Position numbers and translations under genes: made by a program. Positions 39,615-51,932 of a DNA stretch of 64,000 bases are shown here, piece by piece. How positions within the stretch are numbered: the stretch's first letter is position 1; each line of letters opens with the position of its first letter. The notes under the pieces are model-generated. The model was not told where the DNA came from and searched no databases. It saw only the letters and a list, made by a program, of their open reading frames with translations. This stretch comes from Octopus sinensis (lineage: Eukaryota), in assembly GCF_006345805.1 (NCBI RefSeq), contig NC_043013.1, positions 7,192,001-7,256,000 of the forward strand, written 5' to 3'.

Positions 39615-40199
39615 GTAAAGTTAACCCTTTTGTGTTCAGATTAATTTGTCAAATGTAACGCTTATCTGTTCACATTAATTTTGATTTATTCAGGTTCAAG
39701 TGGGGTGTCCACAATATTTGCTTGTAACTTTGTTAATTTTCTACATACAGATTTGAAACTTTGTAAATGGGTACTTATATGCCAGTGGTTTATAATTACA
39801 TAATTTTAGCTGATCTTTCTGACTAAATTTGACTTTTATGGGCAGGTAAATTTAATTAACAGGTGTAAAAACAATAGCATTATGAATAAACACTAAAATT
39901 CATATTCTTAATACATCTTACCCATTTGGTTTGCTGCTAAAATTATCCCAGATGACTTTAATTTCTTTCCTTTTTTGTTTTGTACTTTAACCCATTTCAT
40001 TACCAACCCACTTGAGACTTCCCCTTATTTTTCATATACAAATTTTACTCATTTTAAAATTGAATCACTCTTGGTTCTTGTGGTACAAACTTGTTGTTTT
40101 TAATGTTATCTAAATTATAAACCTCCCATCAAAATTTTCTGTTAGGTTACCTTTTGGAGAAAGTCTGTCAAAAGTGAAACTCTGACGTTGTATCAAATA

Positions 40200-41400
40200 G
40201 TTGAGGGACTAGTTATGTTTAATAAAAAATAACATGTTTACCTAAGTTTTAACATTATCTTCTTCAAAATAGTCACCTTGCACAGCAATACACCGGTCTC
40301 AGTGTCCCTGCCACTTTTAGAATCTGACCTGGGAATCATTTTTTGTAAGTGAGTCAAGGACCTTCTGCAATTCACTCTTGATCTCGAGAAGTGTTAAAAT
40401 TACAACCTTTGAGCTGCATTTCCATCTTGGGGAAGAGACGGAAATCCTAATCTAATTTCCGTTCAATCGAAGTCAACTCTTGGTTACTCAATGGATCAGT
40501 GTTCTCCAGCCAGTTCTATCCTGGGTCGCTTCTTTCAGATTGGCTATGTCCATTCCTGTGTCACTCTTGATGGTGTCAAACCAGTGGGTTCTTGGTCGGC
40601 CTCTTCCTCTCTTGCCACTGACCATTTCGAGCATGATGTCCTTCTCCAGGGATTTTCTACGCATAATATGACCAAAATATGCCAATCTATGCTTGGTGAT
40701 CCTAGCTTCTAGCAACAGTTTTGGCTTGATCTGGTTAAGAACTTCTCCAATGGTGAGCCTCACTGTCCATGGAATCCGTAAAAGTCTTCTCCAACACCAA
40801 AGCTCGAATGCATTAATTCTCTTCTAGTCAGCTTTCTTTAGTGTCCAGGTCTTGCATCCATATGTTGCTATTGGGAAGACGATTGCATCCACAGGTGATA
40901 AATCTGATGAATAGGGTGGGCATGGAAGTGGTACCATGTTGTTTTTGGTGAGAAACTCAGGAGTAAGGAGAGCTTGGTGATACGGTGCATCGTCATCATG
41001 AAGAATCCACTTCTTCATCCTCCACAGATCCCGTTGCTTTTGCCAAATATCCTCCTTCAAACCCCTCAAAACATTGCCGTAGAACTATCGATTGATGGTC
41101 TGGCCATGGGGGATGAATTCTCAATGCACAATATCACATTTTTGGGGCTAATGCTGATGGCTGGTTTTCCAGATCATTTATCCCAAGGATGTTCTTCGAC
41201 TTTTGAAGCACCCGTGTCACTCGAAACATCATGTTTGATCCATTGTCTCCTAGCTGTAAGCTTGCTGTGTTGTGGTAGCAGACTTCCCACATTTAACACA
41301 AAATTTTGCATTGGCTCTTTATTCCTATTCATGACAAAATCACAAACTACAGCATACAGGTGATCACAAAAACACAAATTTCACAACTTGCGAAAAAAAC
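40200..41400 (-). mobile_element. Decayed mariner transposon (different subfamily) interrupted by an RTE fragment
   Basis: Minus-strand remnants WILHDDDAPYH, PPYSSDLSPVD and, after the insertion, DFRLFPKMEMQLKG. Boundaries approximate. Confidence 0.8.
40446..40890 (-). mobile_element. 5'-truncated RTE-clade LINE 3' fragment
   Basis: IVFPIATYGCKTWTLKKAD..INAFELWCWRRLLRIPWT..YFGHIMRRKSLEKDIMLEMVSGKRGRGRPRTHWFDTI, typical of the RTE/BovB C-terminal region. Confidence 0.88.
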
Positions 41401-41983
41401 ACAGTAATGTTACTTGACACACTGCCTCATGGAGGTCGATGAAAGGCTCTAATTGTGCATACAGCCATGTTTAAATAAGGGAATCTGTTTTATGTTGTGA
41501 AGAAAAGTCTATCATTTTGGCTGCTTTTCTTTCTTTGGAAAACAAAAATTAGAGTTCTTACTGCTACAGGGTTCAAAATTGCAATTTGGATGATTTTTGT
41601 TGCCTGGTCATAAGACCTCTCTCTCTCTCCCTCTCTGACATGCTGGTGGAAAAAGCTTTTCTACCCAAATTCAAAAAAACCTATCCAGGTGTCAGTGTCA
41701 GAAATTCAAGATGCACTTTAGCATGTAATGCATGATTGCGAGCTTTAAGAAGGAGTTGTGAGATCTGTTTTGACTGGGATCACCAACATGTGGTGAGATA
41801 GGGAGTGTATTTTATTAGAAATTTGGTCACGAAAGTGTTAAAACACAAAATGAGGAAGAAAACACAAACTTCAAACTTAAAATATTTATATTTTAAATAT
41901 ATTGCAGTAATTACCAGGGAGATGGTAAATTAGTGAAGTCATTAACACTAGATAGAGCGTCTCATGGTATTAATTCTGCCTCT

Positions 41984-42430
41984 GTGGCGAGCTGGCTGAA
42001 ACGTTAGCACGCCGGGTGAAATACGTAGCTGTATTTCGTCTGCCGTTACATTCTGAGTTCAAATTCTACCGAGGTCGACTTTGCCTTTCATCCTTTCAGG
42101 ATCGATAAATTAAGTACCAGTTATATACTGGGGCCGATGTAATCCACTTAATTCTTTTGTCTGTCCTTGTTTGTCCCCTCTGTGTTTAGCCGCTTGTGGG
42201 CAATTAAGAAATAAGAAATGTTAGCAAGCCTGGCGAAATGCTTAGCAGTATTTCGTCTGTCTTTCCATTCTGAGTTCAAATTCCACCGAAGTTGACTTTG
42301 CCTTTCATCCTTTCGGGGTCGACAAATTAAGTACCAGTTATATACTGGGGCCGATGTAATCGACTTAATCCGTTTGTCTGTCCTTGTTTGTCCCCTCTGT
42401 GTTTAGCCCCTTGTGGGTAGTAAAGAAATA
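41984..42430 (+). mobile_element. SINE family C head-to-tail dimer
   Basis: Two units bounded by one 18-bp TSD GGTATTAATTCTGCCTCT (41966-41983, 42431-42448). Confidence 0.9.
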
Positions 42431-42871
42431 GGTATTAATTCTGCCTCTCTGAGCTTCGAGGTCAGTTTGCCCTTTATCCTTATCATTGTTGATAAAAAAA
42501 CAAAAAGAAATGTTATCAATCCAGAGTGATTGATTGATAGAACTGTTATTAAAGTTTTAGCCTAGATATCTTGTGCAATCTATTCCAGCTTTATGCGTTC
42601 TGGCAGCAATATGTGTAATGAAGCTGGTGCCAAGCTGCATCAGCTCAAGTCAGCAGTTTTTCTTTTGGATAAACATTGATGACATACGGATTAGAAATGC
42701 TAAGCAGTAATGTATACAAATATAAAATTGTTATTAGTTCAAATATGTTTGAGACAAATTCAAGCCTGCAAACAAGCTATTTGCTGTTTTTTGTCATGGA
42801 GAAAATTTTTTGCTGTAGACCATAAGAAGTGTAATCACACCAAGTAAGTCCAGAGTGCCCTCTACCTAGAT

Positions 42872-43120
42872 CAGTGATTCCCAAACTTGTTCGGGCTGCT
42901 GTCCCCTTGGCACCTAGGCCACATTCCTATTGCCCCGCCCCGCCACTCTGTCCACTACTACAAACATAGACCACTTCAAAACAACCCATTAAATAATTAA
43001 CCCATTATCTTGTTTTTACATCCATTACCCCCTTTTGGCCATCCCGTTATCACCCCCCTTTCCTTCAACACCGCCACGACATCCAATCTTTCCACCGTCC
43101 CCAGGGGGGCAGTACCGGCC
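42872..43120. mobile_element. Truncated copy of the 8209 hAT MITE family
   Basis: Left TIR CAGTGATTCCCAAAC and internal similarity to 8209-8514; right end degenerate. Confidence 0.7.
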
Positions 43121-43682
43121 AGTGATGTAGATTGATGGATGCATTTTGTCTACTGTGAGAATCTTTCTCCATGACAAAACAAACGGCTTTCTTAAAGTTT
43201 TCGAGTATCTCAAAGATAAGTAAACTGGTAACAAGTTTATATTCGTATGCATCACTGTTTCACCCTTCTAATTCATATTTTACTATGGCCAGGCTGCTGA
43301 TTAGCACAACCAGCCACAGTACTGTGACTAGAACATAATAAGAGAGACCTGATCTTTCATTGTCATTTCAAAGCACCTCTCTTTCCCCTGTTCAATGCTG
43401 AAGAGGATATAACAGCTTTGAAATCCATCATCCAACAATCTGGATGATGGACACTTTGGACTGACTTGGTGTGTTCACACCTTTTTTTTTTTTTTGTCTA
43501 CAGTCACTTACCACACAGCCACTCCTATGCCTGTAGTAGCTTACTTGCAAACCACATGGCTCCAGGTTCAGTCCCACTGTGTGGCACCTTGGGCAAGTGT
43601 CTTCTACTATAGCCTCGGGCCAACCAAAGCCTTGTGAGTGGATTTGGTAAACGGAAACTGAAAGAAGCCCGTCGTATGTATG

Positions 43683-43713
<31 letters not shown>

Positions 43714-44286
43714 ATATGTTTGTGTGTCTGTGTTTGTCCCCCCAACATCGCTTGACAACCAATGCTGGTGTGTTTATGTCCCCATAACTTAGTGGTTCGG
43801 CAAAAGAGACTGATAGAATAAGTACTGGGCTTGCAAAGAATAAGTCCTGGGGTCAATTTGCTCGACCAAAGGTGGTGCACTAGCATGGCCACAGTCACAT
43901 GACTGAAACAAATAAAAGAGTGAAAAGAGAGATTGAGAACTTTTCTCAATGATAAAATGCTGTGAATGATATTCTTGCAGGCTTGAGCATGTCTCAGGCA
44001 CCTTTGAACTTGTAATTGGTGACATAAAGAAAGATTTGCATGCATGGAGAACTGCTAATCTTTCTTCAAAAATCATGCCAGCCATTCACATACATGTGAA
44101 GAGACAAGGACAACACTGATTGAAGGAAGCTCTCTACTATACTAATTTTTGGAAATCATCATTATTATTATGTTCCGAGTTCAAATCAGACGAAGGTCAA
44201 CTTTGTCTTTCATCCTTTCAGGGTCCATGGAATTAGTACCAGTTAGATATAATCAGCTAATCCCTTCCCCAAATTTTAAGCTTTGT

Positions 44287-44705
44287 AGGGATCTTTTCGG
44301 TTTGAACAGCAGTTTTTTCTAGCGGTGTCATATGAAATTGTCACCCATAATTGTGACCCTAGTATCGATCTATTGCATTTCAATCTGTTTTAGGGTTAGG
44401 GTTAGGGGTGGGGCAAAAGGTATCTTTTTTTCTTCAAAAATGTAAATAAACCCAATCTGTTTCTTAAATGAGGGACATATTCATACAGCACAGAATGTCT
44501 TTTACCTCAATAGACGTCAGTGATTGGTTGAAATTGCAGAAATTGAAGAAAAAACAACAAATATCTTACAAACTATAGAATTTTCTCAATAAAGCCAAGA
44601 GAAAAAGATGTTTTATAAACACATTCTACCAGTATACGAAGTTTAAAATTTCTTAGTTACCTAGAAATTATGTTAAAAACTGCTGTTCAAACCGAAAAGA
44701 TCCCT
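44287..44705. mobile_element. MITE with perfect 31-bp TIRs, superfamily unassigned
   Basis: AGGGATCTTTTCGGTTTGAACAGCAGTTTTT is inverted at the right end; TTGT on both flanks; internal (TTAGGG)3 at 44390-44407. Confidence 0.88.
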
Positions 44706-45239
44706 TTGTTGTTATATTAGGAAGATTATTATTGTGATTCAGAAGGTAGTGATTCAGTTGACAAGTTACATGCTTTTATGATGAGCCATTTGTATCAAAT
44801 TCTGAATATCATCTTTGACAAAATCAGAAACGAAGATATCCTACAGCCTTGTATGAAAATTAACTAAGAATTATTAATCATCATCATCATCATATGATTA
44901 AATATTTGTTGTGCAAGATTTTTTATTGGCTAAACTGGCAATATGACCATTCCGAAATATAACAATATTAATATGATGTTTGAAACATAAATTAGCATGG
45001 AAGTTAATGACAAGTTTTTATTTAGATCACTTAAAAACAAGACATTTATATCACAGGAGCCAGGGATGGTCTCAGGCAAGGTCACTCTCTCTCCAAATCT
45101 GCAACCTTGTGTCTCTGTAGGAACCTATTATTATTATTATAGGACACCAGATGACGCAGTCTGTTGAGTGTCAAACAAAATAAATAATTTATTATTTTGT
45201 TTACTTCCCCTTAATGTTTTGAATTTCAAATTTCTTCCT

Positions 45240-45633
45240 CCATCTCTTTGCCTTTGTTTACTTTTGTTTTGTTTTTTCTGTTTTCTATTTTGTTTCTTTC
45301 TGCCCTCCTACCACCGTCCACTCTCTCCTTTTTTTTTCTCTGTCTCTCACTTATTTATTTATCTCTTGCTTTTCTTTCTGCTTCTCTCTCTTTCTGTCTT
45401 TTTTACCCTTCTCTTCTTGTCTTTCACCCTCTTTCTTTTTCGTTTCTTTCTCTTTATTTCTGTCTTGTCTTTTATCTGCCCCCTTCTTTCTTGTTTTTCT
45501 CTCTCTCTCTTTTTCTTCTATTCTCTCTCCCCCTTCTGCTTCTCTCTCCTCCTTCTACTTCTCTCTCTCTTTCACTTGTCTTTTATTCTTTTGATTTCTT
45601 TTTTTTTTCTGCTCCCCTCTCTCTTCTGCCTTC

Positions 45634-45670
<37 letters not shown>

Positions 45671-46110
45671 GCCTTCCTTTCTCCCTCTCCTCTGCTTTCC
45701 TTTCTCTCTCTCCTCTGCCATCCTCTCTTTCTCTCTCTTCTGCCTTCCTCACTCTCTTCTGCCTCCCCTCTCTCCTGCCTTTCTCTCTCTGTCTTCTCTC
45801 TTCTGCCTTTTTTCTCACTCTTTCTATCCTCTGCCTTCCTCTCTCTCTCTCTCTCCTGCCTTCCTTTCTCTCTCTCCTCTGCCTTCTTCTCTCTCTTCTT
45901 CCTTCCACTCTCTCTCCCTCTCTCATTCTCTTTCTCACTTCCACTTCTCTTTCTTTGCTTTTTTCTATTATTCCTTCTCTTTCCTTTTCTCCTTTCTCTC
46001 TTTCTCTGACTTTCTCTCTTCTTACACCCCTCCTTTCTCCCCTCGTTTTCCTACCCATCTCTACTCCTTATCTACCCTTCTCATATTTCTATCTGCCTCC
46101 CTCCCCCCTC
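45240..46110. repeat. Polypyrimidine (CT-rich) low-complexity tract
   Basis: Read directly; explains the spurious 330-aa and 253-aa ORFs. Confidence 0.95.
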
Positions 46111-46454
46111 CACCACCTTGCCCTGACAAAACATTTAATGACTTTGGTGACATTACATAATTACCAAAACACTAATAATTGACTTACTCCCACTACCCCC
46201 CCTCCAGCAATGCTATTTGAACCTGAACTATCTCTCCTTGTTCCTCGCCAGCAATCAAACAACTCGTTATTAAACTGGTTATTTATTTATTTATTTACTT
46301 GTTTATTTCATTATTTATTTATCCTTATTGGATCTTTTTTATTTTATCTTTTTATCTATTATTTCATCTCTGTTTTTTTTTTTCATTTATTTTATTTCAT
46401 CTATCTGTTCATTTTATTTCTAAATTTCATGTATTTTCATTTCATCTATATTCA

Positions 46455-46741
46455 CTGTCATCATCATCATCATCATCTTCATCTTCATCATCATCATCAT
46501 CATCATCATCTTTATCATCATCATCATCATCATCTTCATCATCATCTTCATCATCATTATCATCATCATCATCATCTTCTTCTTCATCTTCATCATCATC
46601 ATCATCTTATCATCATCATCATCATCATCTTCATCATCATTATCATCATCATCTTCATCATCATCATCATTATCATCATAATCATCATCATCTTCATCAT
46701 CCTCACCATCATCATCATAATCATCATCATCTTCATCTTTG

Positions 46742-46778
<37 letters not shown>

Positions 46779-46780
46779 TG
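46455..46780. repeat. (CAT)n microsatellite
   Basis: Read directly from the sequence. Confidence 0.97.
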
Positions 46781-47122
46781 TTTTAATGTCCAGTTATTCA
46801 TGCTCACATGAGTTGAATGGAATTTTTGCTGAGGCTGATTTTTTCCACTGCCAGAGGCCCTTCCTGTTGCCAAAAACCTAACCCTAACTTGCTTCCAAGT
46901 GAGGTAATGTTTTCTTTTGTCCAGACATGTCTTTAAGGAAGATTGATAATAAAAGACATCACTTGCATCATGATGATGATGATGATGAGACACTTGTTTA
47001 ATTCTCTCATGTGATATCAAATGATGGCAAGGAAACAGTAACACACACACACACACACACATATATAATTATATGTATACATGTGTGTATGCTTGTATGT
47101 ATGTGTGTGTATATATATACAT

Positions 47123-47158
<36 letters not shown>

Positions 47159-47700
47159 CATCATTGTCATCATCATCATCATCGTTTAATATCTGTTTTC
47201 CATGCTGGTATGGGTTGGACGGTTTGACTGAGGAGACTGGCAAGCCAGTAGGCTACACCAGGCTCCAATCTGATCTGGCAAGGTTTCTACAACTGGATGC
47301 CCTTCCTAATGCCAACCACTCTGAGGGTGTAGTGGGTGCTTTTTACATGCCATCAGCATGGCAGCCAGTCAGGTGGCACTGGCATCAGCCATGTTCAGAT
47401 GGTACTTTTTATGTGCCACCGGCACATAAATATATATATATATATATATGTATACATATATATATATATACATACATACATTTATATATACATATACAGA
47501 AAAGAGTAAGACACAGAAAGTACAGCACACAGTGTGACTGAACCTGGAACCATGTGGTTAGAAGGCAAACTTCTTACCACACAACCACATTTCTTCCTTT
47601 TTCTTTCAGTTTACCTTTTTCACTCCATTTCTCTTTTCCGTTTAGTTATCTCACTTAAGAATTCACTTCATCGATTCTTATATTTCTTCTGTTTATCCAG

Positions 47701-47754
47701 GAACGTTCTCTCTCCAAGTCTCTACAGCGAAGTGAGGACCCACAGTTAGACCAG
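47701..47754 (+). CDS. fry: Furry exon (54 nt, phase 0-0)
   Basis: ttatccAG|GAA...CAG|GTAAAC. Encodes ERSLSKSLQRSEDPQLDQ versus remembered vertebrate EKPLTKSLQRGEDPQFDQ. Confidence 0.95.
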
Positions 47755-47869
47755 GTAAACTTGTACATAGAAATTTTTGCTCAGTTCTTAACTCATATAC
47801 TCGTTAACACCCTCGTTCTGTCTTTCACTCAGTGTCACTCTCTCACCTCTATTACTCTCTCTCTTTCCC

Positions 47870-48252
47870 TCAGCCTCTCTTTCTCTCTCTGTAATACACA
47901 CACACACAATCTCACTATGTGTCTCTCACACACACGCTTACTATGTGTGTGCCTCTCTCTTTCACTCACACATACACACTATCTGTCACTACAGCTCTCT
48001 CTCTTTCTCTCTGTCTCCCTGTCTCTCTCTTTCTCTCTCTCTCCCTGTCTCTCTCTTTCTCTCTCTCTCTCCCTGTCTCTCTCTCTTTCTCTCTCCCTCT
48101 CTCTTTCTCTCTCTCTCTCTTTCTCTCTCCCTCTCTCTTTCTCTCTCCCTGTCTCTCTCTTTCTCTCTCCTCTCTTTCTCTCTCTCTCTGTCTCACACAC
48201 ACACACTTTCCTCTGCTCTCTTTCTTTCTCTCAGAAGCATTTGTGCCACTTT

Positions 48253-48291
<39 letters not shown>

Positions 48292-48296
48292 ACACA
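47870..48296. repeat. (CT)n/(CA)n compound microsatellite between two furry exons
   Basis: Read directly from the sequence. Confidence 0.95.
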
Positions 48297-48342
48297 CTAA
48301 TTCAATTACTTTCACTCCATCGCTCTTCTCTTCCCTTTGTAG

Positions 48343-48476
48343 GTGCTGTCATCTTTAGGCTGTGTTGCTGAGCAGTCACTGCCATCTCTGCTCAATACTT
48401 TATTCAAATGGTACAAAGGCCAGTTTGTTACCGATGAATCCCTTTTCATTGAACAGTTCAGACCTAAAAACAAAGG
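48343..48476 (+). CDS. fry: Furry exon (134 nt, phase 0-2)
   Basis: ccctttgtAG|GTG...AAAGG|GTAAAC. Encodes VLSSLGCVAEQSLPSLLNTLFKWYKGQFVTDESLFIEQFRPKNK(G), similar to [27 protein letters not shown]. Confidence 0.95.
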
Positions 48477-48484
48477 GTAAACAT

Positions 48485-48520
<36 letters not shown>

Positions 48521-48602
48521 TGACTTAATCCCAGAAAGAAGTGCAATACTGATGACCCTTTTTAAGGGCTTCTGTGGTTGGTGATAGGAAGTTATTTCAA
48601 TA

Positions 48603-49090
48603 GAATGGAGATCTTGCTCAGAAGTTTTTAACAGTGTAGACTCTGACTCAGATTAGAGGTCTGGCTCAAATACTGGTGTCAGTGGTCACCCTTGGTCAGA
48701 TTGAAGATCTTGCTCAAATGTTTGTGACAGTGAGGACTCTGGTTCAAATTGCAGGTCCAGCTCAAATACTTTTGACAAAGTGGACTCTAGTTCAAATTGG
48801 AGGTCTGGCTCAAATGCTTGCTACAGAGTGAACTGTATCCCAAATTGGAGATCGGGCTCAAATGTTTGTAACAGTGTAACTCTGGCTCAAATTGCAGGTC
48901 CAGCTCAAATACTTTTGACAAAGTGGACTCTAGTTCAAATTGGAGGTCTGGCTCAAATGCTTGCTACAGAGTGGAGTGTAGCTCAAATTGGAGATCTGGC
49001 TCAGATTGCAGGTTCAGCTCAAATACTTATGACAGAATGGACTCTAACTCAGATTGGAGATCTGGCTCAAATGCTTGCAACAGAGTGGAT
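48603..49090. repeat. Degenerate 48-bp tandem repeat (~10 units)
   Basis: Consensus near GTGGACTCTAGTTCAAATTGGAGGTCTGGCTCAAATGCTTGCTACAGA; two TCAAAT/TCAGAT sub-motifs per unit. Confidence 0.9.
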
Positions 49091-49425
49091 CCTGCTAAAG
49101 ACTCCCAAAGATCATGCAGTTTTGCTGTATGGATGAGACACAGCTATGGTCTTTAACAATTGAATAGCTGTGTTGGTAATGGTGACGATGGTGGTGGTGG
49201 TAGTGGGGGTGACAGAGAACAGCTGCAGAGATGTACATGGTCGGCATTTTATTTTTGTGTTGTGGTCTCTTTGATGTTATAATTAGTGTTACTATCTTCA
49301 TTTGATCATGTTCCATGTCACTGCTTTATCTAATACATATGTTGTTGTCGTTGTTGTTGTTGTTGTTGATTAGGCTCAGATCAACTCTGAATGAGCAGAT
49401 ATATGATCACACAAAATACACTTAC

Positions 49426-49547
49426 TCTTTGTAAGCCTAGTACTTATTCTATCAGTCTTTTTTGCTGAACTGCTAGGTTATGGGGAACATAAACACATCA
49501 GCATCAGTTGTCAAGCGATGTTGGGGGGAATAAACACAGACACACAA

Positions 49548-49582
<35 letters not shown>

Positions 49583-49732
49583 TATATACGATGGGCTTCT
49601 TTCAGTTTCCGTCTACCAAATCCTCTCACAATGCTGTAGCAGAAGACACTTGTCCAAGGTGCCACACGGTGGGTCTGAACCCGAAGCCATGTGGTTGGTA
49701 AGCAAGCTACTTACCACACAGCCCCCTCCTGC
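49426..49732 (-). mobile_element. SINE family B, partial
   Basis: Reverse complement of the 30557 family; 155 bp upstream of the furry microexon. Confidence 0.85.
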
Positions 49733-49887
49733 ACCAATAAACCAGCATGTACCAGATGGCGCCAGTGGTTTCAGGGTTAAATAGAGTCTAGAAGTAAGAT
49801 TCAGTTTAAATGAAGTAACCACACAACCAAGCCCTTTGATTGATATGTAATTAAACATTTGTTGTAATAACTTTATTTCTATTTCAG

Positions 49888-49918
49888 AGACAGAGATTAC
49901 TTGTGTGAAAAACGTGAT
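49888..49918 (+). CDS. fry: Furry microexon (31 nt, phase 2-0)
   Basis: ctatttcAG|A GAC AGA GAT TAC TTG TGT GAA AAA CGT GAT|GTAAGT. Encodes DRDYLCEKRD (cf. QRDYLMERRD); phases fit both neighbours. Confidence 0.92.
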
Positions 49919-50355
49919 GTAAGTATTGTTTATTTGTTTTCTTTCATGTAAATTATTTCTCCTGTTAAACTGTAAGAGCTTTCTTTACACCCACCTCTCC
50001 CTCTCTCTCTCACTGTTCTCAGTTTGTCCTTCCCTATTCCTAAACCAAACACAAGGTTGTATACATAACGGTTCCTTCCTTCATTGAAATATATACCTTT
50101 CTTACACTCTTTTTGTCCTTGTAAGTCAACTAATTGCTAATGTCAATATACCTTTCTCTGTCTCTAGTGGCTCCCCTCCAATATTACTAAGCATTAATTT
50201 CACAGTAAGTAAACACTTATACACAAACAGTACGGCATGGAACCGAGGGTGGCGTGACGATATTCCTCAAGTCCCATTCAACAACAAGATTCTAACATTT
50301 TTGACATCAACATACCTAAGACCATCTCTGTGTCTTTCATACAGAACTGTTTTAA

Positions 50356-50566
50356 CCCTTTGGCATTTAAACGGCCATAACCAGCCCAAATATCTTGCCT
50401 ATTTTATATTCAGAGCAGCCAGATCCAGCCTCTTACACCCACGTCATTTTAAAAAAATATTATCACGTCATCGAAATTCTAAAGCTGTGAGATAATGTAT
50501 GACAAATTCAAAGCAATGTGAATAAATAAACATTGCATTCGATAGAATAATACGGATGCTAAAAGG
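50356..50566. mobile_element. piggyBac-like MITE
   Basis: TTAA|CCCTTTGGCAT ... ATGCTAAAAGG|TTAA. Confidence 0.78.
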
Positions 50567-51932
50567 TTAAAGCAAATCCTGTAACTTTAGCAAAGAACAT
50601 GTTTGAGAGATTGTGCTGCTGCATTCACTTTAGTTTGTAAACAGACAGGAGGGACACCGCTGGAATGGATTTGAACGTAAGACTGACTCAGGAATTAAAT
50701 ACCAATGACTTCTGTACCGTGATTGAAAGCTAATCAACTGCCAACTTCTCTGAGTGAGATTAATGATTGAAGTAGCCCTGGCAGTAGATGTAATAGGAAA
50801 TCTAAGCTGGAATGGAAATTAGGAGATAAGGGGAATGATGTTTGTGTTGGCATGAATGTATACGCAGAAGAAAATTTAAGATATTTATAGTTCTTACTTA
50901 ACATTAAGCAGATTTGAAACAGAGTTTATTGCGATTATTTATATATGCTTTTCATCTCTCTTTCTCTCACTCTCTCTCTCTTCCTTTTTCTCTCTTTCCC
51001 CTTCACTCTTAAACTCTACGCTTATACCCAACTATTTTTACATCCACTTAACTCCCATTTAGCTGTCTACTTTCTTCTCTCTCTCTCTCTGTACCTATAT
51101 ATGTACAACAAATATAGCGGTTCGGCAAAAAGAGACCGATAAAATAAGTACTAGGCTTACAAAGAATAAGTCCTGGGGTCGATTTGCTCCAGCCTGGCCA
51201 CTGTCACCTGACTGAAACAAGTAAAAGAGTAAAGAATAAAAGAGCATTTACTTGATTTGGTACTCTCTCAGTCAGCTTCAAGAGTTCATGAATGTTGAAT
51301 TTTCTTCCAGACTTTAAAAAAAATTTCAACTTGGATGAAGAATTTAAAGCTTAAGTTCAAATTCATTTAAGCATTATTGCATGTTTTCAATACTGAACAC
51401 ATCTAGCACTTGCCCACTGTCATCATCATCATCATTTAACGTCTGTTGTCCATGCTGACATGGGTTGGGCAGTTTGACCAGGGCTGGCAAGCTGGAAGGT
51501 TGCAGCAGACTCTAGTCTGATTTGGCATGGCTTTCTACAGCAGGATACCCTTCCTAATGCCAACCACTCCAAGAGTGTAATGGGTGGTTCTATGTGCCAC
51601 CGGCACAGGTGCCATTCGCATGACACCAGTATCTGCCACGACTGCGATTTTGCTCAGCTTGATGGGTCTTCTTCTCAAGCACGATATAATGCCAAAGATC
51701 TTGGTCATTACCTCCATGAGACCCAACACCTGAAAGGAGTTCAGCCACTTAGCCTCTGTGAGGCCCAACACGTGAAAGGTGTTTTTTATGTGCCACCAGC
51801 ACAAGTGCCAGTTACGTGACACCAGCATCAACCACAACTAATCATCATCATCACCATCCATTATCATTTATAGATGTATATGTTATCATTTGCTCTTATA
51901 ATTCCTTCACTATTCAAATTTTTATCTTGCAG

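Noticed and set aside
43428-44085. 205-aa and 98-aa minus-strand ORFs
   Set aside because: Largely read through SINE B sequence; the same peptides recur at other SINE copies.
44390-44407. Interstitial telomere or fusion site
   Set aside because: Only three TTAGGG units, and they lie inside a TIR-bounded MITE.
45168-46881. Long ORFs (330, 253, 223, 170 aa)
   Set aside because: Translations of CT-rich and (CAT)n low-complexity DNA; no splice or homology support.
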